A stretch of 64,000 nucleotides of DNA. It comes from Squalus acanthias. Lineage: Eukaryota. Each line of letters opens with the position of its first letter. Position 1 is the stretch's first letter. The notes below the pieces were generated by a model. That model saw only the letters and a program-made list of their open reading frames with translations. It did not search any database and was not told where the DNA came from. Position numbers and translations under genes: made by a program. Where the stretch lies: the NCBI GenBank assembly GCA_030390025.1, contig CM059431.1:139130001-139194000 (forward strand), written 5' to 3'. This document shows, piece by piece, positions 39,106-50,559 of this stretch.

Positions 39106-40160
39106 ATTTAACACTACTGATGGTGACCATTCTCCAACATTACTGGTGGTGATCGTGAATTAACATTACTGTTGGTGACCCTATTCTAACTGAACTTATT
39201 GTGACCCTACTCTGTCATTGCTGTTGGTGACCCTACTTCAACATTATTGGTGGTGAAACTACTACAACATTAATGGTGTTAACCCCACTCTGTTATTATT
39301 GGTGTTGAGCCAACTCTAACATTACTGATGGTGTTCCTACTCTAACATTACTGGTGTTCGCTCTACTCTAACATTACTTTTGGTGATCCTACTCTAATAT
39401 TATTGGTGGTGACCCTATTCTAATATTACCAGTGGTGACCCTACTCTAACATTACTGGTGGTGACCCTACTCTAACGTTACTGATGGTGAAACTACTCTA
39501 TCATTACTGGTGGTGACCCTACTCTAACATTACTGTTGTTGACACCACTCTAATATTATTGGCGGTGATCCTACTCTAACATTATTGGTAATGACTCCAA
39601 TCTAACGTTACTAGTTGCGAAACTATCTAACAATACTTGTGGTGTCCCTGGTTTAACATTACTCTTACTGACCCTACTCTACCACAACTGACTGTGACCC
39701 TACTCTACCATTCCAAGTGGTGACCCTACTTTAACATTACTGGTGATGACTCTATGATAACGTTACTGATGGTGATCCTACAGTAACATAAATGGTAGTG
39801 ATCCTTCTGTAAAATTACTGGTGATGCCCCACTCTAACATTACTGGTGGCTTACTTTACTCTAACATTACTGCTGGTAACTCTACTCTAACATTACTGAA
39901 TGTGTCACTATTCGAACATTATTGGTGGTGACTCTACTCTAACCTTACTGTTGTTTACCCTGCTCTAACATAACTGGTGGTGACCCTACTCTATCGTTAC
40001 TGGTGTTGAAACTACTCTAACATTACTGTTGGTGAACCTGGTCGAACATTACTGGCCGTGACCCTACTCTATCATTACTGGTGGTGATTCTACTCTGACA
40101 TTAATGCCGGTGACCCTACACTGACATTACTGGTGGTGACTCTGCTCTGACTTTAATGGC
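39106..40160. repeat. 26-bp satellite continuation
   Basis: Same unit; the order of variants parallels 33010-33985. Confidence 0.95.
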
Positions 40161-40239
40161 TGTAGGCTTCGCAAAATCCCCCAGAAACTCGAACAGAGCC
40201 CTAAAGGGAGTGATTTTTGGACTTTTCATACAAACTTGG
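40161..40239 (+). repeat. Truncated 5' LTR (first 79 bp)
   Basis: 78/79 identical to 48715-48793; starts with TG. Confidence 0.92.
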
Positions 40240-43200
40240 CATTTGTGCAGGAAAACCTCGCAGCATTTGCCACTCACAAGCACGACTGTGGGAGGGTAAC
40301 CGGGGTCGAGGTTAGTGTACTTGGGGACCCCATGAACCGCCCACAAAAGCAGTATAACTTCCCCAGGGAAGCTTAGACAGACTTGGAAACGGCTTTGACT
40401 TCTGTAGTCAAAAAGGGGATATTGAGACCTATAGTTACCCACGTGAACTCCCCAATGTGGCCGGTTAGAAAACCAGAGAAATCCTGAAGGGCCACAGTAG
40501 ACTATCGAGTACTCAACCGAAACATCCCCGCCTGTGCCCCCACGGTTGCAGCCGTAGCCGACCTCATTGGAAGTATCCCGGCATCTGCGACCACCTTTAC
40601 AGTGCTGGATATTTCCAACGGGTTCTGGTCCATCCCTCTAAGGAGAGAGGATCAGTACAAGTTCGCCTTTGCATTTAAAGGCCAACAGTCCACATGGAAC
40701 TGTCTGCCCCAGGGCTACCACAACAGCACAAGCATGTTTCCCCAATGTATGGTGAATTGCTTGAAGGGATTCAGCAGGCCCCATCAGCTGGTCCAGTATG
40801 TGGACGGCCTACTCCTTTTTACCGATGAGGGAGAGGAACATGGTCCCCTTCTGGCAGAACTGCTGGAACTGCTCAGGCAAGAGGGCTTTACGGTAAACCC
40901 CAAGAAGGCACAGATTGGCCAGCGGGAAGTCAAATTCCTGGGCCTGGCTGTGCGAGCAGGGGAGAGGGCCATTGACAAAGCTAGAAGGGAAGCAGATCAG
41001 GAGTTACCAGCCCCCAACACAGTTACAGGGGTAAGGTCTTTTCTAGGGCTAACTGGGTACTGCAGAGATTTCATTGAGGATGACGCAGCCACAGCAGCCC
41101 CTCTGCTCCGTCTCCAACACAAGGGAGTGGAGCGGGGTTGGGATGAGGGTTGCGAGGCTGCCTTTGTGAAACTCAAGAGAGATCTGCAAACCGCACCGCT
41201 CTAGGGGCCATTGATGGAGGGGTAGAGTTTTTCCTACAGGTAGCAGCCAGTGGGGACAGTCTGAGTATAGTGCTGCTCCAAGAGAGGCATGGCAAGCTGA
41301 GACCAATGGTTTACTTCTCCAGAATACTCACTGATGTGGAGAGGAGCTACTTCAACTGTGAGAGGCACCTCCTAGCCACTCACTGGGCTGTGAAAAGATC
41401 ATTGATCTTCACAGGCACCTCTCCCATCACACTCCTCACTCACCACACGCCCACCCAGATGCTCTTGGATGGGAGAATTAAAGATGGGACAGTGAGCAGT
41501 GCCCGCATTGCACGCTGGACCCTGCTTCTCTCACAAATGGATCTGAGGGCCAAAGCTCGCAGCAAACATGATTTACTCAGGGACAGCCCACCGGAGTTCC
41601 GTTGAAGGGGTATGGGAAGTCAACAAAGGTTTGCGAGCTGGGATAAACCCCACAGGCCGCGAAATCTACGTGGACGGTTCAAGCACAGTATCAGCTGGCA
41701 AACGACCCACAGGGTTTGGGATTTATGACCCAGAGGCAGGCATTGCTCTGGCAATCAAGCTCCCCAGCACCATGAGTGCCCAGCAGGCTGAACTGTCTGC
41801 GGTGGTGTATGTAGTCACACACCCCAAGGAATTCCCTACCCCATACACGATTTGCTCGGACAGCATGTTCACATGCAATTCGTGTACAGAGTACCTGGCC
41901 ATCTGGTCCCGTCGTGGATAAACCTCCGCCGATGGGAGACCCCTGGCCATCAAGCCTCTGTTGGAGAAAATCCTGAGGGCAGTAGGGGAGGAAGGTAGGG
42001 TATACATGCAAAAGGTGAAGGCCCATTCCAAGGTAAAGCCCCGCGCAGAGGGCAATCACCAAACCGACATGCTGGCCAAAGAGGACGCCAGTACAGGCAC
42101 GTTGTGGGATCCATATGGATCAAACCCGGTAGCAGCAATAAGAGGCAGAGGAGGGACCCAAGGGAGTGCAGGGGTAGCATTGACCCCGGACCTAAAGACG
42201 GTCCAGGCACGGGATCCCATCCTAAAAACTGTCCTGGAAACGCTGGCTACAGGGGAGAAGATAGAGGGCCCTTACGGCGCAGCAGCCATAACCCGCAAAG
42301 AAGGGATGCTGTTCAGTGGGGAACAATGGGTAGTGCCGCAGCAGCACCGAAGGGAATTCCTCCAACTGACCCATGAGGGTCCAGGAGCGGGGCTTCCCGG
42401 GACTGAGACCACCTGGCAGCAGGTGGAACAGGCAGGATGGTGGCCAGGACTGAGGGAGGATGTCCGCGAGTTCTGTGCAGGCTGTCTGGTGTGTGCTGCT
42501 AACAACCCTGAACCCCAGAAAAGGAAGGTATCTATGGGACACATCAGGAGGGTAGAGGGACCATGGCAGTCGATCCAGGTCGACTACATCGGGCACCTAC
42601 CCACGCTCAGGGTGGCTACAAATACTGCCTAGTCCTGGTGGATGTGTTCTCAAAGTGGGTGGAAGCTTTTCCATGTCGAACAGCTACCGCTTTGGGTACA
42701 GCCAGGATCCTGGTCAGGGAAGTGTTCTCACGATGGGGGCTCCCACAGTATGTGGAGTCAGACCAGGGGAGTCACTTTACTGGGCAGGTCATGCAAGAGA
42801 CCCTCAGGGTACTCGGCATAGAAGGGAAATGGCACTTCGCCCACAACCCACAGTCATCAGTGATTGTGGAGCGTTTAAACCGTACCATCAAAGAAAGGCT
42901 GCGAAAGGAGATGGGAGACTCACCCAAAAAGTGGGTAGAAGCCTTACTGTTGGTCCTAATGGGGATCCGGGCCAGCCAGTCAAAAAGCACGGGGTATTCC
43001 CCACACCAGCTCATGACTGGCAGGATTATGCGGACCCCCACCCATGTGCTAGCCCCGGTGCTCACGGAAGGGCAGCTCAGGCAAGTGAACCGGGACAGAT
43101 TCGTCAGGAATCTGTTGGACCACCTTAAACAGGTCCACTGGCAGGCTGCGAGTAACATGGGAAAACAGCATCGGGGTAACCGATTGCTGCTGGAACCCCG

Positions 43201-43490
43201 CAAGCACCACGAGTGGGAGGTTGGAGATCAGGTCATGGTGAGAAATTTTGCTCGGGTAGGGAGTTTCGAACCATTGTACATGGGGCCCTACAACATTGTA
43301 GACAAGGCAAGCCCCATGGTTTATGCCATAAAGATGCCCCGCCGTACAAAGTGGTTTCTCATCAAATAATGCAAACTGTTTAAACCTAAAAGGGAACAGC
43401 CGCCAAAGCTGGATGGCCCCAAGTTAGAAATCCTCAGCCAGCCGCAGCTGTGGCAGACGCACAAGCTGCAGCGGGAGGGACAGTGTGTTA
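40240..43490 (+). pseudogene. pol: pol: RT, tether-like RNase H, catalytic-type RNase H, integrase; multiple stops and frameshifts
   Basis: WPVRKP, DYRVLN, LDISNGFWSIPL, LPQGY, QYVDG (YVDD site), VRSFLGLTGY; ERHLLA...ARW; IYVDGS...SAQQAEL...SDS...KVKAHS..GN; CAGCLVC, VDVFSKWVEAFP, ESDQGSHFTG, VERLNRTIK, GPY. Confidence 0.93.
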
Positions 43491-45494
43491 ACATAAGAAC
43501 ATAAGAAATAGGAGCAGGAGTAGGCCAATCGGCCCCTCGAGCCTGCTCCGCCATTCAATAAGATCATGGCTGATCTGAACCTAACCGCCAATCTACTATC
43601 TATCACAGAACCATATCCTGCATCTAACAGAATTGCACACACGAAATAGGAGCAGAATCAGGCTACACGGTCCCTGGGCCCGCTCCACTACCCACAGGGC
43701 CATGACCGGATCCGAACCTAGACTCATGTCCAAATTCCTGCCCGCTCCCCGTAACCCTTAATGCCCTTTACTTCTAGGAAACTGTCTATTTCTGTTTTAA
43801 ATTTATTTAATGATGTAGCTTCTACAGCTTTTTGTGGCAGCATATTCCATGGACCTACCACCCACTGAGTGAAGTAGTTCCTCCTCATCTCAGTTTTGAA
43901 AGAGCAGCCCCTTATTCTAAGACTATGTCCCCTAGTTCTAGTCTCACCCGTCATCGGGAACATCCTCCCCGCATCCACCCGATCCAACCCCTTCACAATC
44001 TTATATGTTTCAATAAGATCGCCTCTCATTCTTCTGAACTCCAATGAGTAGAGTCCCAATCTACCCAACCTCTCCTCATATGACCACCCCCTCATCCCCG
44101 GGATTAATCGAGTGAACCTTTTTTGCACTGCCTCGAGAGCAAGGATGTCTTTCCTTAAGTAAGGACACCAAAACTGTATGCAGTATTCCAGGTGCGGTCT
44201 CACCAATACCTTGTACAACTGATGCAATACCTCCCTATTTTTATATTCTATCCCCCTAGCAATGAAAGCCAACATTCCATTTGCCTTCTTAATCACTTGC
44301 TGCACCTGCATACTAACCTTTTGAGTTTCGTGCACCAGGACCCCCAGATCCCTTTGCACTTCAGTACTCTCCAGTTTCTTGCCATTAAGATAATAAGTTG
44401 CTCTAGGATTTTCCTGCCAAAGTGCATCACCTCACACTTTCCAGTGTTGTATTCCATCTGCCAAATCTCTGCCCACTTACTTAGCCTGTCTATGTCCCCT
44501 TGCAGGTTTTTTATGTCCTCCTCACTCACTACTTTCCCTCCCATCTTTGTATCATCTGCAAATTTTGATATGTTACACTTGGTCCCTTCCTCCAAATCGT
44601 TAATATAGATTGTAAAGAGTTGGGGACCCAGCACTGATCCCTGTGGAACACCACTAGTTACTGATTGCCAGTCTGAGAATGAACCATTTATCCCAACTCT
44701 TTGCTTTCTGTTAGATAGCCAATCCTCTATCCATGCCAGAATATTACCCCCAATCCCGTGATTTTTTACCTTAAGCAATAATCTTTTGTGTGGCACCTTG
44801 TCAAATGCCTTTTGGAAGTCTAAATACACTACGTCCACTGGTTCCCCTTTATCCACTCTATATGTTACTTCCTCAAAGAACTCCAGAAAATTTGTCAAAC
44901 ATGACTTCCCCTTCGTAAAACCATGCTGACTTTGTCCTATTAAATTATGATTATCCAAATGTCCTGTTACTGTTTCCTTAATAATGGACTCCAAAATTTT
45001 ACCTACCACAGATGTTAGGCTAACAGGGCTATAGTTACCAGCCTTCTGTCTACTGCCCTTTTTAAATAAGGGTGTTACATTAGCAGTTTTCCAGTCTGCC
45101 GGGACCTTAGCGGAATCCAGGGAGTTTTGAAAAATTATTACCAATGCATCTACAATCCCTACCGCCACTTCCTTCAAGACTCTAGGATGTAAGCCATCAG
45201 GTCCAGGTGATTTATCCGCCTTGAGTCCCATTATTTTACCGAGTACCACTTCCTTAGTGATTTTGATCGTGTTTAGCTCCTCTCCCCCTATAGCCCCCTG
45301 TTTGTCCAGTGTTGGGATATTCTTAGTGTCCTCTACTCTAAAGACTGATACAAAATATTCATTCAGTGTTTTTGCCATCTCCATATTTCCCACCATTAAT
45401 TTCCCGGTCTCATCCTCTAAGGGACCAACATTTACTTTAGCCACCCTTTTTCTTTTTATATAACTATAAAAACTCTTACTATCTGTTTTTATAT
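43491..45494 (-). mobile_element. Young 5'-truncated CR1 inserted in the provirus
   Basis: ORF2 is open over ~1.75 kb apart from one frameshift; (aacataag)n tail; tgtt at both junctions. Confidence 0.93.
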
Positions 45495-46039
45495 GTTGTC
45501 TCACAGGAGAGGTCACTCCACCGATTATGTATTTAGAGGGTCCCACCCAAAGAGGGTTACAACCCGAAAAAGAGCGCCCAAGAGCAGGGAGCGTTCTAAA
45601 GTTGGGGATTACCAGCCTACAGCCTCCAACAGTGAGGGATTCACAGGAGAGGTAGTACTGGAAGAAGAAGAGAGAGTAGGGTCCCCCGCCTGCAGCCTCA
45701 GGCTGGGAGGAGCCCACAGATATGAACGGTGGCGCTGCAGCCACACAAAAGGGGGTAGTGTGCTGCAGCACAGGACGCAGCTGGGATGTTAAGATACCCC
45801 CAGCGGTTTTGAGGAAGGCCTTCTGGGTCCGGCGGTACAGGCCGCACTACACCCAGGTGTACAAGCCATCCAGAGGCCACATAAGGCAGAGACTAAACAG
45901 GATTTAACCTGGCCGTCGGTTTTAAGTAATTGCAGTTTTGGTGGTTATGGTTATCACTAGTTTAGTTGTTTGTAGAGTTTTTTAAGTTTAAGGGCTTGAT
46001 TAATTATCCAGCCAGAGAACCTTTCTGGGACATGGATAT

Positions 46040-46062
46040 ATGTTTTGTGTGCGCCCCTACAG
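46040..46062 (+). promoter_or_regulatory. Putative env splice acceptor
   Basis: ttttgtgtgcgcccctacAG ends 13 nt upstream of the signal-peptide ATG at 46076. Confidence 0.5.
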
Positions 46063-46075
46063 AAAGGACTTCGGG

Positions 46076-48427
46076 ATGACAAGGTTTCTGCTCCTGCTCG
46101 CCCTGGTAGGGGTGAGCATCGGTGACCGAGGTGACGTGGTGGACTCCCACATCTATGCGTGCTCAGGAGTGAGATCACCAGTCGTCACCACAGGTGTTGG
46201 CGAGCGGGGAGTGGAGGAGCTCGCCATCTACTTCCACGAGGGAAGGTGGAAGGGTGGCTGGGGTCCAACTCTACTAAATACTCCAACCAGCCCGGGTTCA
46301 CGTACGGGGAGGCCTCCCTCCCATGCCCCAGAATACAGGTCGTTGCCACAAGGGTCAGTGTCACGGAGGGGAAGCGTGTGTGCCTTACCTGTAAGGGACG
46401 AATTCCCTTGAATAGGTGGTGGTGGCTCAGGAAGCTGAGCAGGGACGCAGGGGTCCATACAGCCGACTGGGAAAGATTAGGGAACGACACCCACCAGACA
46501 ATCACAGGGACCCAAGGAGGAGTTAGTGTTTGTTGGGATAAGTGGTGGGTGTCGGAACAGGGAGTCTATGTTTGTATGTGGGGATCAGAGGAAGTCTGCC
46601 CCACAGGGTTATCCATCATTATCTCCAGCCAATGGAAAGATGCCGGGGAGGGGATAGGGTGGGATTCTAGCCTGCATGGGTGCGTGGTCCCACACATTCC
46701 GCTCCCAGTTAATGCCACTGAACTCGTGGCACACACTCGAAAGCCCCTACCCACGACCCAGGTACCGAAAACCCTGGAAGAAAAGTGCCCTACCACCACC
46801 AAGGGACCAGGGAATGGGTTAGTCCTAGCACCAAACGAAAATGTACTATACCAGGGGGTACACTATGCAGTAGCTTCAGTAATATTAAACCTTACCGAGG
46901 TATACTTACCTGAGTGGTGTCCTAAGGAGACGGAGCAACTGTACCAGGCCCTGCTAAAGGAAATGTTTCGGAAATTTTACGAATTTGATTTTGCCAATAT
47001 AGACAAAGTAGAGCTATACAGAATACACCCTGATAACCCTATGGGCATGGGTAGACAAAGAAGGGGAGCCTGGAATGATGTCTTCACTGCCTACAGTACA
47101 GGGTCCTCTGTAATAAATAGCCTGGATGACATGGAATTACAGACACAGATAAATGGTTTAAAAACCCAGTTAAGAAAGATCCTGAAGAATGGGAACACAG
47201 TGGTAGGCTCAGAGCTACATGAGGACCAAGCTGTGACGGTTCATTTAAAGCAAATTATTGCAGAATTGGAAAGGCATGCCAAAAATTTAAATGCACTCAT
47301 ACGGGAGGATAGGAATGCATCGGATCAGGCTGCACAGAATGAGGTGTGCGTGCTGTACGGGGCATGGTTGCTGGGCGAGGGCCCTAGCAACCTGGAGGAT
47401 TTAAAGCAACTTTAGTCCCCTCCTGGATCAGCAACAAGCACCTTGCAGCCCTCCACCCGTTTAGTAATTCGCTGACCCATGCCAATTTCGACTAGCCTCT
47501 GAAGCCTACCCTGTCCCAATAGATTGTGGGCGTTCAAATCACACTACCATGGGGATAGTAGTGAGAATGACGGTCATGAGTGGGACAGCCCGACCCGTAC
47601 CGGTATACAGGGTGGAGAACATTGGAGTCATTCAAGGGGGTGCATACATCCGTTTTACAGCGGTCCCACCTTAGGTCATAAAGTGGGAGCACGCCATGAC
47701 AGGTACTGACCTCTCCGGGTGCCGGAGCCGGGGTTCACACATAATACTGTGTCCCCAGCACTTGAACGCCTATTCCAAACCACAGTGCGGGTTTAAAGCT
47801 GCTGGCGCACAACCTATCAATTGTACCATGGAGGTGATGGCACACGGCCATGTTTCCCCACAGGTAGCATATATAGGTGGTGGGACATATTGTGTCACCA
47901 CAGGTGCGTCCCACTACCAGCATGGACACTTCTGGTGTCCGGTAAGTGACAGCAGTTTCTGCTTTAAACCCGAGGCAGAAGTTCAAGTGGCCCAGGAACG
48001 GATTGTCCCCATACCTGAACCCTCCACTGTTCACCTCACTGTAACAGAAAACATCACCAACCAGCAAAAGTATGTGACTTACTTTGGATATAAAATTCCC
48101 CCTCTACCCGAACATCTTACCATCCTACTTAAAGCTGTAGAGATTTCACAAAAACATTTCCACACCCTGGAACAGAAAACAGTTGAAATAGGGGCAGAGA
48201 TTTTGGATATAGTAGTTCCACCCTGGTGGGATATTTTCGAGAATATAGAGGTGCCGTCCTGGATCAGGATGGCTTCCCATCTTTTGGTGGTCTGCCAGCT
48301 CGGGATAGTTCTCTACCTGCTGTGTACAAAGTGCAGGGGAAGGGACGGGGAGCTCCGCTCCAGACACGAAGGGACTTGGGAAGTGCATCAAAATAAAGGC
48401 TATGGCCAGGGATGGAAGGAACATTGA
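46076..48427 (+). pseudogene. env: env-like class I fusion glycoprotein with N-terminal Ig-like domain; disrupted
   Basis: Signal peptide MTRFLLLLALVGVSIG; frameshift at ~46262; Ig-like segment; T/P stalk; RQRR furin site (47053-47064); heptad LQTQINGLKTQLRKIL; Cys-rich DLSGC..ILCP..C..NCTMEV..YCV; TM HLLVVCQLGIVLYLLC. Confidence 0.85.
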
Positions 48428-48703
48428 ATTTCGTCTTTTAATTAAAAAAAAATTGTATATGTGTTGTGTCATTTTTACGAGGTGTATGATGTGTTTTTTT
48501 TCCAAAGTGTGCAGGGGTGTCGGACCCTCTCCGTGCTTGGATGTGAAATAAAGATTGATTCTTACCTGTATGTTCCTGAAACACCACTTTCAAAAGGGGA
48601 ATTAATGTTTGGGATTTTAGTTTAGGTAATACAGCGGAAGGTTGGTTTTCGGGGATCGGAAATTTTGCTCACCTGTTAATGATACTAAGTCAGTGTTAGT
48701 ATC

Positions 48704-48714
48704 AAAGTGGGGGA
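48704..48714 (+). other. Polypurine tract
   Basis: aaagtggggga lies immediately before the TG of the 3' LTR. Confidence 0.8.
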
Positions 48715-49806
48715 TGTGGGCTTCGCAAAATCCCCCAGAAACTCGAACAGAGCCCTAAAGGGAGTGATTTTTGGACTTTTCATACAAACTTGGGATGATG
48801 GGACCTCAGTGAAGTGATTTGATGTAAAAACCTAAGACCACAAGAAGAAAACCTTGAGGAAACTCACTTTTCGAATCTTACAGGGGCAAGACGCCTTCAC
48901 AGACACACAGGCTGCAGAGGGGCGTGGCCAGGCAGTGCAGTAAACTGTCGACAAAACCAAAAAAAAACCTCACAAACACATTCAAATATGGATCCCCAGG
49001 GGCAAACAAGATGCTGGTAATCTAAAAACGATTCAATGACAATATAATTTCGATCACACAGTTTCATAGCCATTATCCCATCCAAAAAACAATCAATCAG
49101 GTATGCAGAGAACCGATTTAAAAGCCCGCCAAACAGAAGGACAATAGAATGAAGATTTGGCGCGTAGATAAGGCGATGTTTAAATCGGAAAGCGATTAAC
49201 ACTTAGCAAAAACCATCGGAGCTGGTCAGCCCGCCAAAAACTAGACAAAGGACATTTGCATTCAAAAAGGAATTCGTTTTAGTAAGGGGTTTTGAGCGCG
49301 AAAAAATAGACAGTATAATTTGAATGCCTGTGCCATAATCTCGCTCTCTTTGGACTGACTGGCGACGCGAACACAGCTCTCTCCCTGCTCCAGCAAAACT
49401 TACCACAAGCCACGAGGAAGAAAACCAGCACGCAAGAAGAAACCATAAGGGTCTTCCGGAGTCCTTTTAAACAAAAAGACTCTAATATCCAGTCAAGGAC
49501 TCGTTGGTGAGCATTATCCCTGATCTCCTGAAACCAAAAACCTAGCCAGATAGTGGGATATTTGGGAGGGATAAGGTTTTGTTTGATATATTGTAATTTC
49601 CCTCGCTTGTACCGTGCGTTTCCCGAATCTGTGTTTAAGTAGTAAGTGTGTTTTCAAGTTTGTAACCTTTTTCTTTTAAGAAAGTAAATTTCTTTCATCA
49701 GAACCTGTTTACTGCAATTTTGTTCACAACCCCTAAATAAGCCCAAAGTCTAGGAACCGGAGGGGTGTTGGTCGATTCGAACCGCTCACTTAAGATACCC
49801 CTTACA
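48715..49806 (+). repeat. 3' LTR (~1.09 kb; right end inferred)
   Basis: Start fixed by the PPT and the 5' LTR match. End placed at ccttaCA, an imperfect inverted match to tgtagg. Confidence 0.65.
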
Positions 49807-50559
49807 GTTATTAAAGGTTGTGTCCCAACACAGCGATTTAGTGAGGAAACTAGAGATAGTCCAAACGGAACAGTCGCACAGCACAGCAGGTGAGCACATG
49901 GTGGCGGTCACAACAAATCAAGGCCAACAAAGAGCAGAAGTTCCTGGGTATAAATTCACAGCGAGATGTGACCTGGACCCAGCCATTACATCACGATCAA
50001 GTCTTCAGCAAGGCGGCAACAATTATTAGTCTTCTGCAAAAAGAACAGTCAACCTTTGAACACTCCTCAGATTGCAGAAAGCCTACTTCCGTCCAATCCT
50101 GCCCAGACTTCATAGAGCCTGGTGCGCCCTGAGTCAGACACATATCAAAGGGCTGCAAATTATCGAAAACTGAGCTAAAAAGACAATGTGTTGTGCCCCA
50201 TGCTAAATTTACTCAAACAGTCTGCACATCTATGGAATCCAAACCCTGGAAATAAAGTTCATTAAACTCCACCAGAGATAATTGCAGAGAGAAAAAAGGC
50301 AGGATTATTTTGTATATTTGCAACTCTGCACTGTGGGCGTGCAGCAGGCCGGGGCGATTTGCCAATATTCAGTCAAAGAAATGATCCTGCTAGACAGAAT
50401 CAATCGCACTTAATCCAAACAACCATGAAACCAGATTGACACATTCCAGTGTATCTGATATAAAAACATGTTGTTTAAAAATGGGAACAAACAATGGACG
50501 TGACTGTAAATCTCCCAAAATTACTAATAAAGCTGTCTCTCCTTCGTTCTCACTTTCCA

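Larger units (their letters stand above)
40161..49806 (+). mobile_element. Endogenous retrovirus-like provirus, lokiretrovirus-like; gag/protease deleted
   Basis: Truncated 5' LTR, RT-RH-RH-IN pol, env, polypurine tract and 3' LTR, in retroviral order. Confidence 0.88.

Noticed and set aside
44293..45771. 492-aa ORF as a novel RT fusion protein
   Set aside because: The N-terminal ~90 aa are antisense provirus sequence that happens to be in frame with a truncated CR1 ORF2.
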